This document shows, piece after piece, positions 25,660 through 39,174 of a stretch of DNA of 64,000 nucleotides. Numbering within the stretch: the first letter of the stretch is position 1; every line of letters begins with the position of its first letter. The notes under the pieces were generated by a model, which had not been told where the DNA came from, searched no databases, and was given only the letters and a program-made list of their open reading frames with translations. A program made the translations under genes and the position numbers. The stretch comes from Euprymna scolopes (Eukaryota). Location of the stretch: the NCBI GenBank assembly GCA_053919585.1, contig CM132813.1. One strand, 5' to 3'.

Positions 25660-26760
25660 CATTCCGGGTCAAGTCACCAAAGGAGTGATCACATTGCTAA
25701 GGTAGAGACAGGCATGGTGGGGAAGAGCTAGAAGACTACAGGCCCATAATTCTACTAAACACAGAGTTAAAGATTTTGGCTAAAGTCCTATCAAATCGGC
25801 TGCAGGTTCTTATTGGCGACTTGATCAATGCCATGTAGGGGAGATTGATTCAAAACACCTGGTCCATATAATCTTAGAGTGAAGGATAGAAGATGACACG
25901 GAATCTGCATCGATTAATTTGGATCAGTCCAAAGTTTTCAATAAGATTGACCATCGCTTCCTGGCATCTATTTTAGAAACCACCAAATTTAAACTGGATT
26001 TCCACAAATGGATCTCCATACTGTATCGCTCACCGATGGTAGTGGTACAAGTCAACTGAAAGCACTCAAAATCTTTCACCATTTCCTGGTCATCCGTCAG
26101 AGCTATCCACTGTCCCTCTACTCTTGCTTTATGTCCTTGCGTTGGAACCACTACTTCACAAGCTAAGGCATGAGGAGGCAAGCCCGGTCCTGCGTGGGGT
26201 CACTTTGCCTGATGGATCAAGAGCCAGGGTTTCCATATTTACCAATGGCATCACCGTCATTATGTCATGCTTCCGAGACATCCTCACTTGTCATTTCCTA
26301 CGTCATCCACAGCGCTGGGCTGCTGTGGGACAGGAAGAGATGAAGTTTCTTACTATTCTGACCATAGCAAGAATGGTCGTGACTGAATGAGAAGTATGAG
26401 GCTGAATCTTTTGCAGATCAAAATTTGATCGCATTCTTCCAGCACCAATTTATGGTCAAGATCAGATGTGATAGGAAAAAATGACATTCCGCAGCCTATG
26501 ACAGAAGATGGATCAAAATAGCGAGTTTGTGTGCACAAAGACGTGCTAAGTGAAAGCATGTGTTCCCTGCCTGATCATGGCGTGCACGGTTCTAGGTCCT
26601 GTCTGACCCCAGACCTTTCAAGGTAAGCCTTTGTCTAGTTTAGGTTCTTAGCTTGTTGAGTGAATGCCATCCCCCTTCTCCCAATAGAAAATCTTCAAAA
26701 TGCCAGTTTTTCTTTTCTTCCCTGGCCACCCCACTAATTAATTCCATCTTAGAATGTCAT
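25660..26760 (+). mobile_element. Tx1 family RT and 3' fragments (opposite orientation)
   Basis: KGVITLLR, DYRPIILLNTELKILAK, DQSK, YVLALEPLLHKL..GVTLPDGS. Homologous to 8030-8620. Confidence 0.85.
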
Positions 26761-26970
26761 CAAGTACCCCCCAAGTTCCTCACTTTATTTTTCTGTTTTT
26801 TTGAGTGTAAGAAATAGAAAATTATAAAATGATCAGACACTCAAAAGGTACTGACTCTATAATATTTATTAAGTCACATTTTGTTGCATCTTACCAGGTG
26901 GGCTATTCAATAGGGTGAAGATAGTTTAATCAAATTTAGTATTAAAAAAAAAAAAGTTTTTTTATACATA

Positions 26971-29900
26971 CTAGCTGTACCCTGCCACGTGTTACTGTGG
27001 CTCAAATGGTGTAAATGGAAAAAAAAAAAAAAATGCATACATCTAATATGTTTAATTTTTCAATACTTGTGGATACACAATATTCTTGGTGGTTTCAGTG
27101 CAGATGAAGAGATTGCCTGGTTTGCTGACTCTAGAACACGCAATCAGTATAAATATAAGCCGCACAATTCTAAAGATTGTCCCTGTGCTTTGTTGATCGT
27201 GGTTGCAATTCCAATTAGACTGCCATTTGCTATCTCTTCAATTGAAATGGCAAACAATGCACAAATTTGAATCGCATGTAATGTGTTACATGCCTCATTA
27301 ATGCATTCATCCCAGATCCTGTCATTCTCCAATAAATTCAGAGCTTGACATGCACTGCGAAAAGTGGCATATGTAACACCATTGACAATTTTTAATTGCT
27401 GGAATTACGGACTAGTGACATTTCGCAACAGCATGCGAAGAAACATTCATATTGTTTGGGGTGAATAGCATATAGTTGGCCTATTGTTTTCTTTGAATAT
27501 TCCAGAGTTTCCGTCTACTCTATCTCCTCGTTTGCGTCGTTCTAATAATTTTCTACTCCTATTCCATGTGTAATACATGGGCACTTCTGAATAGAGCAGT
27601 GTTGATGCAAAGGTGTCATTTTGACATAACGTGAAAAAAGCCGTTAATGTTGTCGCCGGTGGATTAAGACCTATTTGTTGCACATTTGAAGCTGTAAACC
27701 CGTCCATTTTTTAAATGTACTGATAAGTGAACAATAGTCAGACTTTGTTCGTGTATGGGAAATTAAAAAATTCGCCATACAGCTTCATTACTGCTTCCAG
27801 CTTGAAACTGCAATTTCATCGATATCTATGCTTTGTATATGTATGTATGCTATCATTTCTTTGAGTTTCCAAGCCAAAAACTGCCATATTGCTGCCTTTA
27901 TTCACATACTTGCAAATGAATTTGATGGACTTAACTGAGTTACAGTTACATTAATGTGCGATTTGTAGGCTTTTGATAGCAATGGTGAATATGGAACAAC
28001 CCACCGTTTATTGACTTCAATGTCACCATTGCACATTTGTATGATTGCTAATTTGCTGCCATTGTTTACTGACCTTCTTCTGTACAAAGAATATCCATCA
28101 TTTCCTGTAACTTTGTCTGATAGTAATTCCCGTTGATATTGCTTAGAGTATTTTCCATTTTTCATGTATGGTGAATTTGGATTCAATATACCACAAGGTC
28201 CATGTATTATATTTTTTGTTACAACTTCATGCAAATCTTTATCAATGTCAGCATCAGGTATTTTCAGCACATATTACATTGTCGATTTCATTAGGACTGA
28301 TTTTCTAATAGAGTCAGATTAGTATGTGTGAGTGATCCTGTCTTTTACCATTCCACCAAAACATCCAGCAGCACACAAACGACAAACGCAAATACTTTGT
28401 TTTACAATGAAATCTATTAGCGATTTCAGCTTTTGTTTGAAAACATATGCTGTAATATCATGTCTATCCACTGATGATTGTCCAGGAAGTAATAGTTGTT
28501 GTATATCATCCCAAGTAGAGTTGCATGTGAATGTAATGAACAGGTCAAGACGGCCATACTGACGAACATATGCAAAAGCGTCTTGAGTGTACTCATGCAT
28601 ATGACGTGGACCACCTAAATATGAAGATGGCCAAATCGTTAGTCTTCCAACATTGGTTGTATTACCATCATTTTCAACTGCATCTTGCAAATGAACATAT
28701 TCTTCAGAATAGCAAACATTCAGATTCTATTTTTGCATATGTCTACCATGTATTGGTGGAACAATTGGCGGTATTTCAGAATCTGGTTTCATTCTCCTGC
28801 ATATGTGATTGGTTTCATTCGCTTGGTATGAATAATAGTTCATTGGGTTGCATTTTTTGTTTGTTTTGTCACCACTAACTGGATTTATCAAGTTAACATT
28901 GAAATGATGTCAATCAGCACCATCCCAAAAAATGATTGGATATTGCAGGACATTGTAGCATCGATAAGTTTCTGCAATGTTTGTCAATTGATCATTTCTC
29001 CTATGAAGGACAATATCCCTAGGTTGAAATTGATCTCCAACTATAACAATTGCCACTCCACCTATAGCTGGAGCATTGAATCTTCACACGTGTTCTCCAT
29101 CAGGAGCTTAGTCAGCACGAATAACCGTCTTGTGTGTATCAGATGGCATCATTTCAATTGCAGTTTTGAATAAATGCACTAAATTGTTTTTATTATGAAG
29201 CATGTCTTGCAGTTGGGAAACAATGGACCTTCTTGTGCCAGTTGAAATTCCACAGCGTGCATTCAGTTCATCATTGTTATCACCGATGAAATACATTTGT
29301 AGGAATTTATGATGACCATCTAGGAATGGAAGCAGAGATCCAACTTTATCGTAAATTTGTCCTTTTACTTTAAAATGAATTGAGCTGTAATGATTTCTGC
29401 ACTGAACGTCGTCATTTGGAAGCATGAGTTGTATTTCCTGATGTTCGATAGAAAATGCTTTGATTCAGCAGTATATCCAGCAAGCAAAGTTTTTAATGGT
29501 TCTGGTGGTTTTTCAAGTTGAGGTAGCTTAATTTTTCTGTTGGCACAACATAATCCTTTAGTTTCTTCCTTAAATTTCAGAGCCTTGCAATAGAGAGACA
29601 CTTCAGTCATAGTGCCGATGTGAACATGGCAACTCAAACTGTAATCATGATCAGGGTTGTAGTGGGATGCAAGGCAATCCTAATCCCGGGATTGTTGAGC
29701 ATGGAGTTATGTTTGACATTGATGTGCAGTTTCTCATTGACGTCTTTCCGCATGTCTCAGCCTCTCACGTTCATTCCGTTGAGATCTGCAGAGGCATTAC
29801 AGGATTGTTGTACCCATATTCGTGTCTCCTCAAGTCTGGCAGCACGTCGCTCTGCTGCTTCATTGGCACATATCTGAATTATTGTTTGTCTGCTCCGCTG

Positions 29901-31866
29901 GTTTGCAAATGCTCGTTGGTCAGGATTTTGACTGGCAACTAATCGACGCCTTAATTCAGCACTGCGAGTATGACTTAAGTGTGATCTGCTGTAGGGCAAG
30001 GTCTTATATAAATGGGAAAAACTTTAATAGGAAACAGAATAATTGTTTTAATAGATCAAAGAAACATCAACAATGGAAAACAAAGAAATTTATCTGCTTT
30101 AGCGAAGAAAGTATTAGGGAAAGTAATAAATATGTTTAGTCCTAAACTGTAACTTGGCAATTTTATAATGAAATAATCGACGAAAAGAATTTTAAAGGTT
30201 TTCTTTGCCTTTTTAAATAGGAACCAGTTTTTCACTAATAAAAAAAACAGGATGAACAAAATAGATTCAGTATAAACTGGAAGTTCTTTCGTATATTTTT
30301 TATTTTATAATTTTTAATTTATTTTGATAACATAAAAAACATGCCCAGACTCTAATGAGTTAATGGCAAAGAAAGTAATAATTATTTTAGTTCTTATACT
30401 GCAACCGGATAAGTTTCTAATAAATTAAGCGATGAAAATAAGGAATGGAAAATAAGTTTTTTTTGTTAAACAGGAAACAGTGAGGTGCGTGTATTGTTCT
30501 AAAACAGATGTAAAGAATGAAAAAAAAGTTGGAAGAAAAACAGCAAATGCATTTTTTTTTTTATTAAGAAAAAAAAAAGATAGAAGTATGTTTAATGACG
30601 CAACAGGCACATTTTAAAGTTATTATCTATATAGTAAATTAACGATACATCGGCAGCAATGGTATAAAGAATATGGGGGAAAAGCAAGAAAAAAAAAATA
30701 CAATTATTTTTTAATAGTTAAAAAACAGAATGAATGAAATAGCCAATATAAACGAAAGTTCTACCATGTTTTGTTTTTTTAATTCATATTTTAAATTTAT
30801 TTTGATAACATGAAAACATACCCAGATTCTAATGGCAAATTTTGGTCAGAAAGAACGTTTAAGTAAAGTTGAATGAAAAAAAAGAGATTAAAGAAATTGT
30901 ATTTTACAAAAATAATAAAAACAGAATAGAATCATACTTAATGACGTAGACGCACATGTGTAAATATAATTAATAAAAGTCAATCATACACCGATTATGG
31001 TAAAGAAATAATCTGTAAAGAAAAAGCAGGAAGGAAAAAAACAAATTAATTCAATCTAGATATCTATAAAAGTGAACGTGTCTGTGTACATTTCCCTACA
31101 CAATAATTCTGTCAATATTAAGTCTACAGACTCGAAATTTGATATACAAAGTACTGAGATTTGGGAAAATCTTTGTAATCCATTTTCGGTCAGAAATTTG
31201 GCTGTTAAAGGGTCAAAGTTCAACGATTTGACCTTGAGAACTCTACCAAACTCCTCTACCAATTTTGTGTCTAAACACTTGAAATTTTAGATATAGGTTC
31301 CTTGGACATGGATCTAACTTAATAACTTGATTTGAGCCCAAAACAATAAATGTTAAGGGTCATAATAGGGGTCAAAGTTTAAAAAAATTGACCTCTGTGG
31401 TGTCTACCAAATTACTCAGATAATTTCTGGTCTAAACATTTGAAATTTTACATAAAGGGTTTTCAGAGATAAGGCAAGCTTTTTAATCAGTTTGGGTTGA
31501 AAATTTTTAGTTACCAATATACGTATGTATGTTTGCATGTCTGCCTAAAACTTTCGACAGAGGCGACTGATTTTACCAAAATCAGTATCGTTTTGAAGTT
31601 CGACCTTTCAGACGACAAATATCGAAAAAAATTGTCTAAAAAAACATTAATATCTTCACCTTAAACTGGGCAAATTTCTATGGGGAGGGGGGTCGCTTTT
31701 TTTGCCGATATTTTCAAAAGTCATTCTCTCCTTTCGATTGTCTACCCTTAATTTAAACCTACATCACTTCTGGTTTGGCAGTGGTCGTAACAGCAAAGAC
31801 ATCAGGGTTTTTTTCCCATTCTTTTCCTCCTCTGCGGTACGGGTTCGAGCCTGCTTTCTTACTACC

Positions 31867-31901
<35 letters not shown>

Positions 31902-32275
31902 CAACACACACCTCTAAACACCCGGGCAATGCCGGGCTGAAATGCTAGTTTTTTCTATAAAAAAAGAACAGGATGAATGGTGTACTTATCGATAAGGAAA
32001 AGTGACTGAATGCTTCTTGAAAATGGAATAATGAAAGTAGATTCAATATAAACCAGAAGTGGTTCCAGAAAACAGCCTTGGCCAAACTCGGAACAAAAAT
32101 AAATTTTTTAAAATATTTTTTTTATTTTATAATCTTTATTTTATTTTAATAACATAAAAACATACCTGGATTCTAATGAGTTAATGCCCAAAAGTTTCAA
32201 TAGAAGTAGTTACGTAGAATTTTTTTGTCAAAACAAGCAAACCAAGTTACATTTTTATATATATAAATACATAGA
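26971..32275 (-). mobile_element. Internally deleted autonomous-type Helitron (Rep/helicase pseudogene)
   Basis: 3' hairpin GCCACAGTAACACGTGGC followed by CTAG|T at 26971. Rep motifs GGPRHMHE..QYG..DLFITFTCN, HGPCG and WVVPYSPLLS. N-terminal GLCCANRKI and FLQMYFIG. PIF1-like C-terminus TINKAQGQSL. 5' boundary approximate. Confidence 0.9.
31055..31948 (+). mobile_element. Chimeric non-autonomous Helitron nested in the large Helitron
   Basis: A|TC at 31055, hairpin CCCGGGCAATGCCGGG, and CTAG|T at 31945-31949. Confidence 0.9.
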
Positions 32276-33439
32276 TTTAAATACGTCTAAGGAGAAATGT
32301 TTGTTTGTGTCAAACTTTTAGATTAAAACTAGCACTTATTTTAAACTCATTGTCATGTTAACCTGTTATACTTGAATAGCATGAAAATAATATTGCAGTA
32401 TGCAATTGTCTGTATGGAGCTTACAATTTAAGTGTTTTCTTTTTCTAACAGAGTAGCAGAAAAAATATTACCAACTTTTTTTATTTATTCTTTTTTTAAG
32501 GAATGTTAGTTTTGTTGAGCAAACCTTTGTTTGCTTTCATCCATCGCATTCCAAATTTACATGTCAAGTATCAGCCACTTGGTTCCATTACATCATATGA
32601 GCCATTGTATCTTTTTGTAGATTCTTGCTTAAATGGTCTTGCTTCTTGCTTAATCTTCATTTTTTTTGTTAACCTCTTCTATATCAGAGTTCTTTGGCTG
32701 AAATCTCAATAACAGCAAATCTCACGGATTAACATTTTTAATTTTTAGATGCTTCCTTACATCTCTGAGAAATTTAATTCCTCTGACATTTCAGGTTGAA
32801 ATTATATTTTGGTCGGTACTCTGTTTAAGCTTCATCACTAAATGTGCACATTGTGTCTTATTTTTAATGATTCTATTAAAATCGATGCCATTATTTGTAT
32901 CTGTTACTAAAAGAAAATCAATATGATCAACTGTTTAAATTATATTTTGCTTTGCATTTTGAACTATACAATTGATCCAGATCTCAGTCTGAAACTTAAA
33001 GATGAACTAGAATTCCTCCATTTTTAATTTGTACAACAAAATTGCAAGAGAAAAGAGATTAACTGGAGAGATTCTATGAAAGTACAGAATAGTTCATTTG
33101 TTTTGAGAATGGGTGGCTTAATACGAACATTATTTCAGCATGATCCATAAAATGAAGAACCACTTGCACATCTAGGTATAAATATTGTGTATTTTCATAA
33201 GATGCTTGTGGTTTAGAACCCCCCACCCTCTGTAGTGACCCATCCTTCCAAACTTTGGTTCTTCTAGTCTTAGGCACAACTGCTTCTTGGTAATGTATTG
33301 TACAGTTCGGAGGGGCTTGTTTCCAATTCAAATAGGTCAGGTGATATAGGTTGAGCACATCACTGAGGATTTACTCATCTCCAAGTATCTTCCAGATGTA
33401 TTTTACAATCAATTAATCTGTTGTAAAAAAACCTACTAA

Positions 33440-33885
33440 GAATAATTGTGATGTGATCATTCTCTCTGGCATTCTGCATTGCTGCCATGGAGATTCTGTT
33501 CTGGTTTCTACTCTCTGCTGAAGACTAAACATACACCCGCTGCCATCCGGCCTTCAACAACCTATCCAATGGTTTGGACATGCAGCTCATTGACCAGAAG
33601 AAAAGCTCATTCGCAAATTACTCTTTCTCCCCTCTCTGCCTGGCTGGCGCAAATGTATTGGTGCGCAGCTGAAGACCTTAGCAACAAAAATTAAGAACGA
33701 CCTGACAGTATTATCAGGCCCACAAGTAATTGGTCTCCGGTAATGGAATAAGAAGTGGATAGCATATCCTGCAATCTGGCCCAAGATAGATGAAACTGGA
33801 CTGCGATAGTTAGAAATGCAGTTCGTGCTCAAGAGAAAGCCAGCTCAATCCAACCAGGATAATAGCCACTACAAGTACAAGTAAT
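33440..33885 (+). mobile_element. RTE-clade LINE 3' fragment
   Basis: QWFGHAAH..LPGWRK..QLKT..DLTVLSGPQVIGLR-WNK, followed by a (CAAGTA)2 tail. Confidence 0.8.
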
Positions 33886-34269
33886 GGTGTTATGTATGTC
33901 AACAGAATTCACCCTAAGCGGGTAGAACCAGCTTCCTCTGAAGGAGAAAGTGTCAAATGAATATTAAATGCACAATTGGTTTCTAGTAGCATGTAATATT
34001 TCTGTAAAGCTCCATGATCACCTTTTTATGACAAATTATGGTCTACTAATTACAAGTGCTAAAATAGAAGATATTGATAATGTTGCATAAAGCAGTGAGG
34101 CTTAGCACTTAAGTTTTCTCTTGCCGACAGATTTATTTTTACCTCAACGGTAGTGGTGACTTCTGGAATTGTTGGCCCTCGTTCAATTATATTCCTTCTT
34201 AGAATTGACAAAATAGAATCTCTGTTAAAAGACGGGCCTTGCAAAACGGAGTGGTTGTTACAGTCTGCC

Positions 34270-34960
34270 TTTTTTTTTTTTTTTTTTTTTTTACATCGGG
34301 GTCACAACTCTTATCAAGGCCCGAAGGCGACTCAGGGTTAATGAGTGTACGGTAATCAATGAGATAGTATTGTAGTAATCATTAGTATTGGGGGGTTTTG
34401 ATAGTGTCTTACTTAAGGGGGCGGTTTGTCGAGTTTGTTTATGTTGGACTTGAAGACGTCCAAGTTGTAGTCAGATGGGAAACAGGCAAGCGGCAGAGAG
34501 TTCCACTAGCGTGCAGTTCTAAGAAAGAAGCTTTGTTCATGGAATCTACGTTTGGATTTAGGCACAGATAGAGAGTGGGGAAAATTTTTGACAGTTGTTT
34601 TAGCTAGTCTGGTGTTTTTCGTGAAAGATTGACGAGGGGGGACGAGGGATTGGAGCTCAGACGAGCATCTGCCATGGAAATAACGATAAAACAGGGACAG
34701 GCTCGCAACGTCTCTTCTGTGGGAGAGAGGTTGCAGGGAAGAGAAAAGGGCATCCCCCACTAAACCACAAAGTCTATTTTGTACTCTGTCAAGGCAGGAT
34801 AGGCTGTTTTTAGCAGCTCCTGCCCAGATGTGGCAGCAGTACTCCATCCTTGGACATACTTGGCTTTTATACAGATAGAGAATTGCATTAGTAGTGAGAT
34901 ATCTTCTGGAGCGGTAGAAGGATCCCACCATTTCCCAGCGTCCCTGGCAACAGATTTGAT
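34270..34960 (-). mobile_element. 5'-truncated CR1-group LINE with poly(A) tail
   Basis: LYLYKSQVCPRMEYCCHIWAGA..LDRVQNR..LQPLSHRRDVASLSLFYRYFHGRCSSEL, with poly(T) on the + strand at 34270-34292. Confidence 0.88.
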
Positions 34961-34977
34961 GTACATGTTCCATTAAT

Positions 34978-35190
34978 ATCACCGAAGTTAAGCAATGTTG
35001 AGCCTAGCCAGTATTAGATGAGTGACGATTTGGGAAAGCAAGGCGCTATATGTACTGCGAGGTCAAAACTGGCCCAATCTATCCTTATCTCGAGGGTAGA
35101 TACGACTCCCTTAAGCTGTGATAGGCAACCCATCTCGTGATGGCATCACAATAAAAGTACCCTCAGCATCATCAAGTATTCAGCTATGGG
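34978..35190 (+). mobile_element. 5S rRNA-derived sequence, probable SINE3-type head plus body
   Basis: ATCACCGAAGTTAAGCA..GCCAGTATTAGATGAGTGAC..TGGGAA..GCTATA follows the 5S internal control region (box A, intermediate element, box C). Too diverged and 5'-incomplete to be a 5S gene. Confidence 0.7.
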
Positions 35191-35289
35191 CAAGATTTGA
35201 ATTAGACTACAAACTTGTGTAGTGAGTTCAATCTCGGCTGTGGCCGCATGTTACGTTTTTTTTTTTTGTTTTTTTTTATGACTATCATT

Positions 35290-35436
35290 GGCAACAGAAT
35301 CACAAGTGATCTTTATTTTTGTTTCCCCGATTCCCAATCGGCTTATCAATGTGAAAGGGACACGGGCGAAGAGATTTTTACCCTTAGCCAATTGATTGAA
35401 AAATCGAGTTTAATGAACCATTATATATAATTTTTT

Positions 35437-35468
<32 letters not shown>

Positions 35469-36620
35469 GTATCAAATTAGACAAACTTTGGTTAATTTTA
35501 GACAAAACTCCTCTTAACAAAGCCTATATTAATCTTCTAAAATCACTTTACAACAGATCACATGCTTTTAGAAAAACAGACCTTGGATTTAGCCACTCCA
35601 TAAACATCAAAAAGGCCATCAAGCAAGGAGATATGCTTTTCAACAATCCTGTTCTGTGCTACACTAGTTGATGTTATGCTTAAGACAGAAGAGACATGCC
35701 AAAGTGTTTTTTCTATACGTGGACAAATCCTCTCCAACCTCTCCTATGCTGATGACATAGCTCTTAATAAACGCACACAAACTTCAAGTTTTTGTTAGCA
35801 AAGAATGCAAAGGAGATAGAACTAGAAATAAACCTAGAGAAAACAGAATGTATCACAGTTTAACCTAACCATGACTATTCACAGTAAATCCATCAAACAG
35901 GTCACCTAATTCATTTATTTAGGGCATAAACTGATTTTCTCCACTGATCATGAGACTACATTGAAACACAGAATTTGGCACCATTCTCAAATCAAAAAGG
36001 GTGCCAATAACTGTTAAAGTGAACATTTATTTATGTCTTCCAGTAGTTTTATATGGTTTTGATTGTATCACATGGACTAAACAACCAGCCAAATTGCATT
36101 GAGGTGTTTCAAAATCACTTAATGCGTTTCATTACCAGATATCACCTGATCACACATTTTTTTCTAAATTATATATATAAACTTAGTTTTTTATTAATTT
36201 TTTTTTTCTTGGGGACTCCTGGTTTATGGCTGGCAGGTTCCAAGAAAATCTGGGTTTCAAAATATCTTTCAACAATTTAAATTTTATTTCTTTTATATTT
36301 GAATTTAAAAAATATTGACTTTTTTCAAGGGAGAAAAAAAATATCCACCCTCTGTCAAATTACTTCCCTACCCCCTTCTATTTGATAAAATCAAAAGTAA
36401 AACCCTTAGACTTTTTGGCCATGTCAAACGATCAACCACTGGCCTGTCCAGGCTTTGCTTTGAGGAGTATGTTAGAAGGCAAAAGAGGCAGAGGAAAGCC
36501 AAAGAAAAGGTGGAGAGAAAATGTTTTTGATTGGACGTCTCTAAATAGTTGGGCATCCATAAACCAACTTGCTCAGAAGGAATGGCGAAAAATAACAATG
36601 TGGAAGATGTGACTCATGAT
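35290..36620 (+). mobile_element. Decayed RTE/BovB-like LINE RT fragment
   Basis: QSAY..EIFTLSQLIEK, IKQGD, LSYADDIAL, LRLFGHVKR..MLEGKRGRGKPKKRW. Confidence 0.8.
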
Positions 36621-36682
36621 GAAATATAAAAAAAGAAAAAGATTTTTATGTGTATAATATCTTCTGGATATAAGCATGCGTA

Positions 36683-38410
36683 TATGTGATGCTTCCAATA
36701 AGTTTCCAGGCATTTTTCGTATGACCACTTTTATTGCTAGTACACACATGAAACTCTAATCCCCTTCAAAGTAATCTTCTCCAGCTGCAATGCACTTATT
36801 GTACCATTCCAACAATATCTGGGAGACTCCTTGAAAGTCCTCTTGTGTGACCGTGCCAATGACCCTCATCACAGCCTTTCATCTCCTCAATTGTCTCATA
36901 GCAACAGCTTCTAAGGTTTTCCTTGAGTTTAGGAAATAACCAAAAGTCACAGGGAGCAAGGTCTGGACTATAAGGAGGGTGAGGCACAGTCTTGATGCCC
37001 ATCTTGGTCTGTGACAAGGATTGAGTTGTAGACTGGTGTATTGTCCTGGTGGAAATGCCACTGACCCGATTTGAAGAGTGCTGGGCTTTTTTAATGGAAT
37101 TTCTTCCTGAACTCCCTTAAAATCTCAACATATTATTCATTGTTTATTGTCTGTCCAGTAAGAGCCCACTTCATGTAGATCATGTCTGTGCTGTCAAAAA
37201 AAGAGATAAATTTCTACAGGGTGGTCAAAAAGTCAGGTAACATGTTAAAGGTAGAAAAAACAATATGATCCATTATAATCTCTATTCGTTTAATATTATT
37301 TGTTTAAATATTTGAGTGTAATATATAAACTACCCCTCCTGATTTCTGGCTTTGGGGCTATGTAAAGGATAGCGTTTATGGCAAGAAGCCTGATACAATA
37401 GCGTCTTTAAAGTTATTTATTGAAGAGGAGATTGCGCGGATATCAGCTGACATGATTACACGTGTTACACAATCAGTGGTTAATCGCTTCCAGCGATTGA
37501 TAGAGAGAAATGGACGACAATTAACAAAATAAACATATTTCATGTTTGTTTCATTTTATATTTCAATGTATGGTACTTAAATATACGTGTATTGCTAATA
37601 TTGTTTTTCTTTAAAATGTTACCTGACTTTTTGACCACCCTGTAGATCGATTTGCTCTATCTGGCCTTCTTGGGTCTGGGAGAACCGGCATGCTTCTACT
37701 GGAAATTCTGTCTCTTGGTCTCTGGGCCATAGCAGTAGATCTAGCTTTCATCACAGGTCACTAGGGCATCAAAAACAATGGGATCTGACTTGATCAGCTC
37801 GACCATCTCCTTGCTGTCATGACGTCTTTATTTCTGGTCTTCTTGGGACAAACTTAGTACAAACCTTCCACATCTTCAGTTCCTTGCGAATAATTGTGTA
37901 CAATTCCCACACTGACATCAAACTTTGCACTTATTGTTTTTTATAGACACATGACGGTCCTTATCCATGAAATTTTTTATTTGGACAATCAACTCTGGTG
38001 TTCCGAGTCCCTTACTTTTCCTCTCATCATCCCTCACAGACTCCATCTTTTTAAAAATCTTTTATGCCACTCAGAAACTGATGCTCAATTCATACAAGAT
38101 GCAAAAGCAGTCTGAAGCATTTTATACGTTTCTGTGGCATTTTTTCCAAAACTGAATTTTATTGCATATCGTTCTTCTAAAATGTCCTCACGTCCAGATT
38201 GCATTTTTGAAATTCACCAGCTGTGAAAATCTGGCTTTAGTAGGGTGTATTTCAATTCCTGCTGTAGCTGTTTATTTGAACCTGAAATCATAAAAATTAT
38301 TCAGTCATCTCATAAGATGTATAGCAATAACTTACTGAATTCTCAAAAGTCTACCACATTTTTAAATGCCTGTACAAAATAGTCTGAAAACTTATTTAAG
38401 GCACATTGTA
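36683..38410 (-). mobile_element. Mariner transposon, second copy
   Basis: VPHPPYSPDLAPCDFWLFPKLK. Degenerate TIRs at both ends. Collinear with 18957-21614. Confidence 0.92.
37217..37642 (+). mobile_element. Internally deleted Tc1/mariner-superfamily element (rosa/maT-like) nested in mariner
   Basis: Perfect 27-bp TIR CAGGGTGGTCAAAAAGTCAGGTAACAT with TA TSD (37215-16, 37643-44). Open transposase tail 37332-37532: TPPDFWLWGYVKDSVY..NGRQLTK*. Confidence 0.93.
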
Positions 38411-39174
38411 CATACAACTATATTTATATAAAATAAGTATGCGTGAGTGTACAAGCATATAGTAGGTGAAAATATAAAAAATGAAATAATAAATGTAGGT
38501 GACTACAGAGTATATATATTTAGATTTCAAAATAAAAAAAATAAACAGATCTTAAAATAAAATTATTAAATTAGGAATGTAATTAGAATAAAACAATTTT
38601 TCTTCTCCAGAAAAACTTTAACAACATGTATAGAAATAAAACAAAATACTGTAGATGTGTGTGTATATATTTGTATAAACTTTATTAAAAAGAAAAGTAC
38701 AGTGTATACACATGTTCAAGTGAAGCTTTATGACAAATTGCATGATTTTGAGAAAAAAAATTCTAGAGTAATCTTCCTTGAAAAAAAATCAATATTTTTT
38801 CAATTCAAATATAAAGAAATAAAATTTAAATTGTTGAAAGATATTTTGAAACTCAGATTTCCTCTGAACTTTCCAGCCATAAACTGGGAGTCCCTAAAAA
38901 AACAAGTTCATAAAAAACTAATAAGTTAATTTAAATTATCTGGAAAAAATGTGCGGTCATCATTTCTGGGGAGAAGAGACTTTTTTTACCATAAATTGGT
39001 CTCCTTATATTGAATTTGAAACCGATGGTACCAATGTTTATCTGACCTGTAAAAGTATAAAATGTTATGCTCTTATATTGAATTTTTCTTTGATTCAGCA
39101 CTTTACTAAGGTTCTTTTTCACAAACCACACACACACACACACACACACACAAATTCTCTCCACCCTTTAATAT

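Noticed and set aside
32950-33230. Near-open + frame (YTIDPDLSLKLKDELEF..QQNCKRKEINWRDSMK..)
   Set aside because: Multiple stops, no recognisable motif and no convincing splice boundaries.
34978-35052. Functional 5S rRNA gene
   Set aside because: The 5' third is missing, there are many substitutions, and there is no oligo-T terminator or tandem array.
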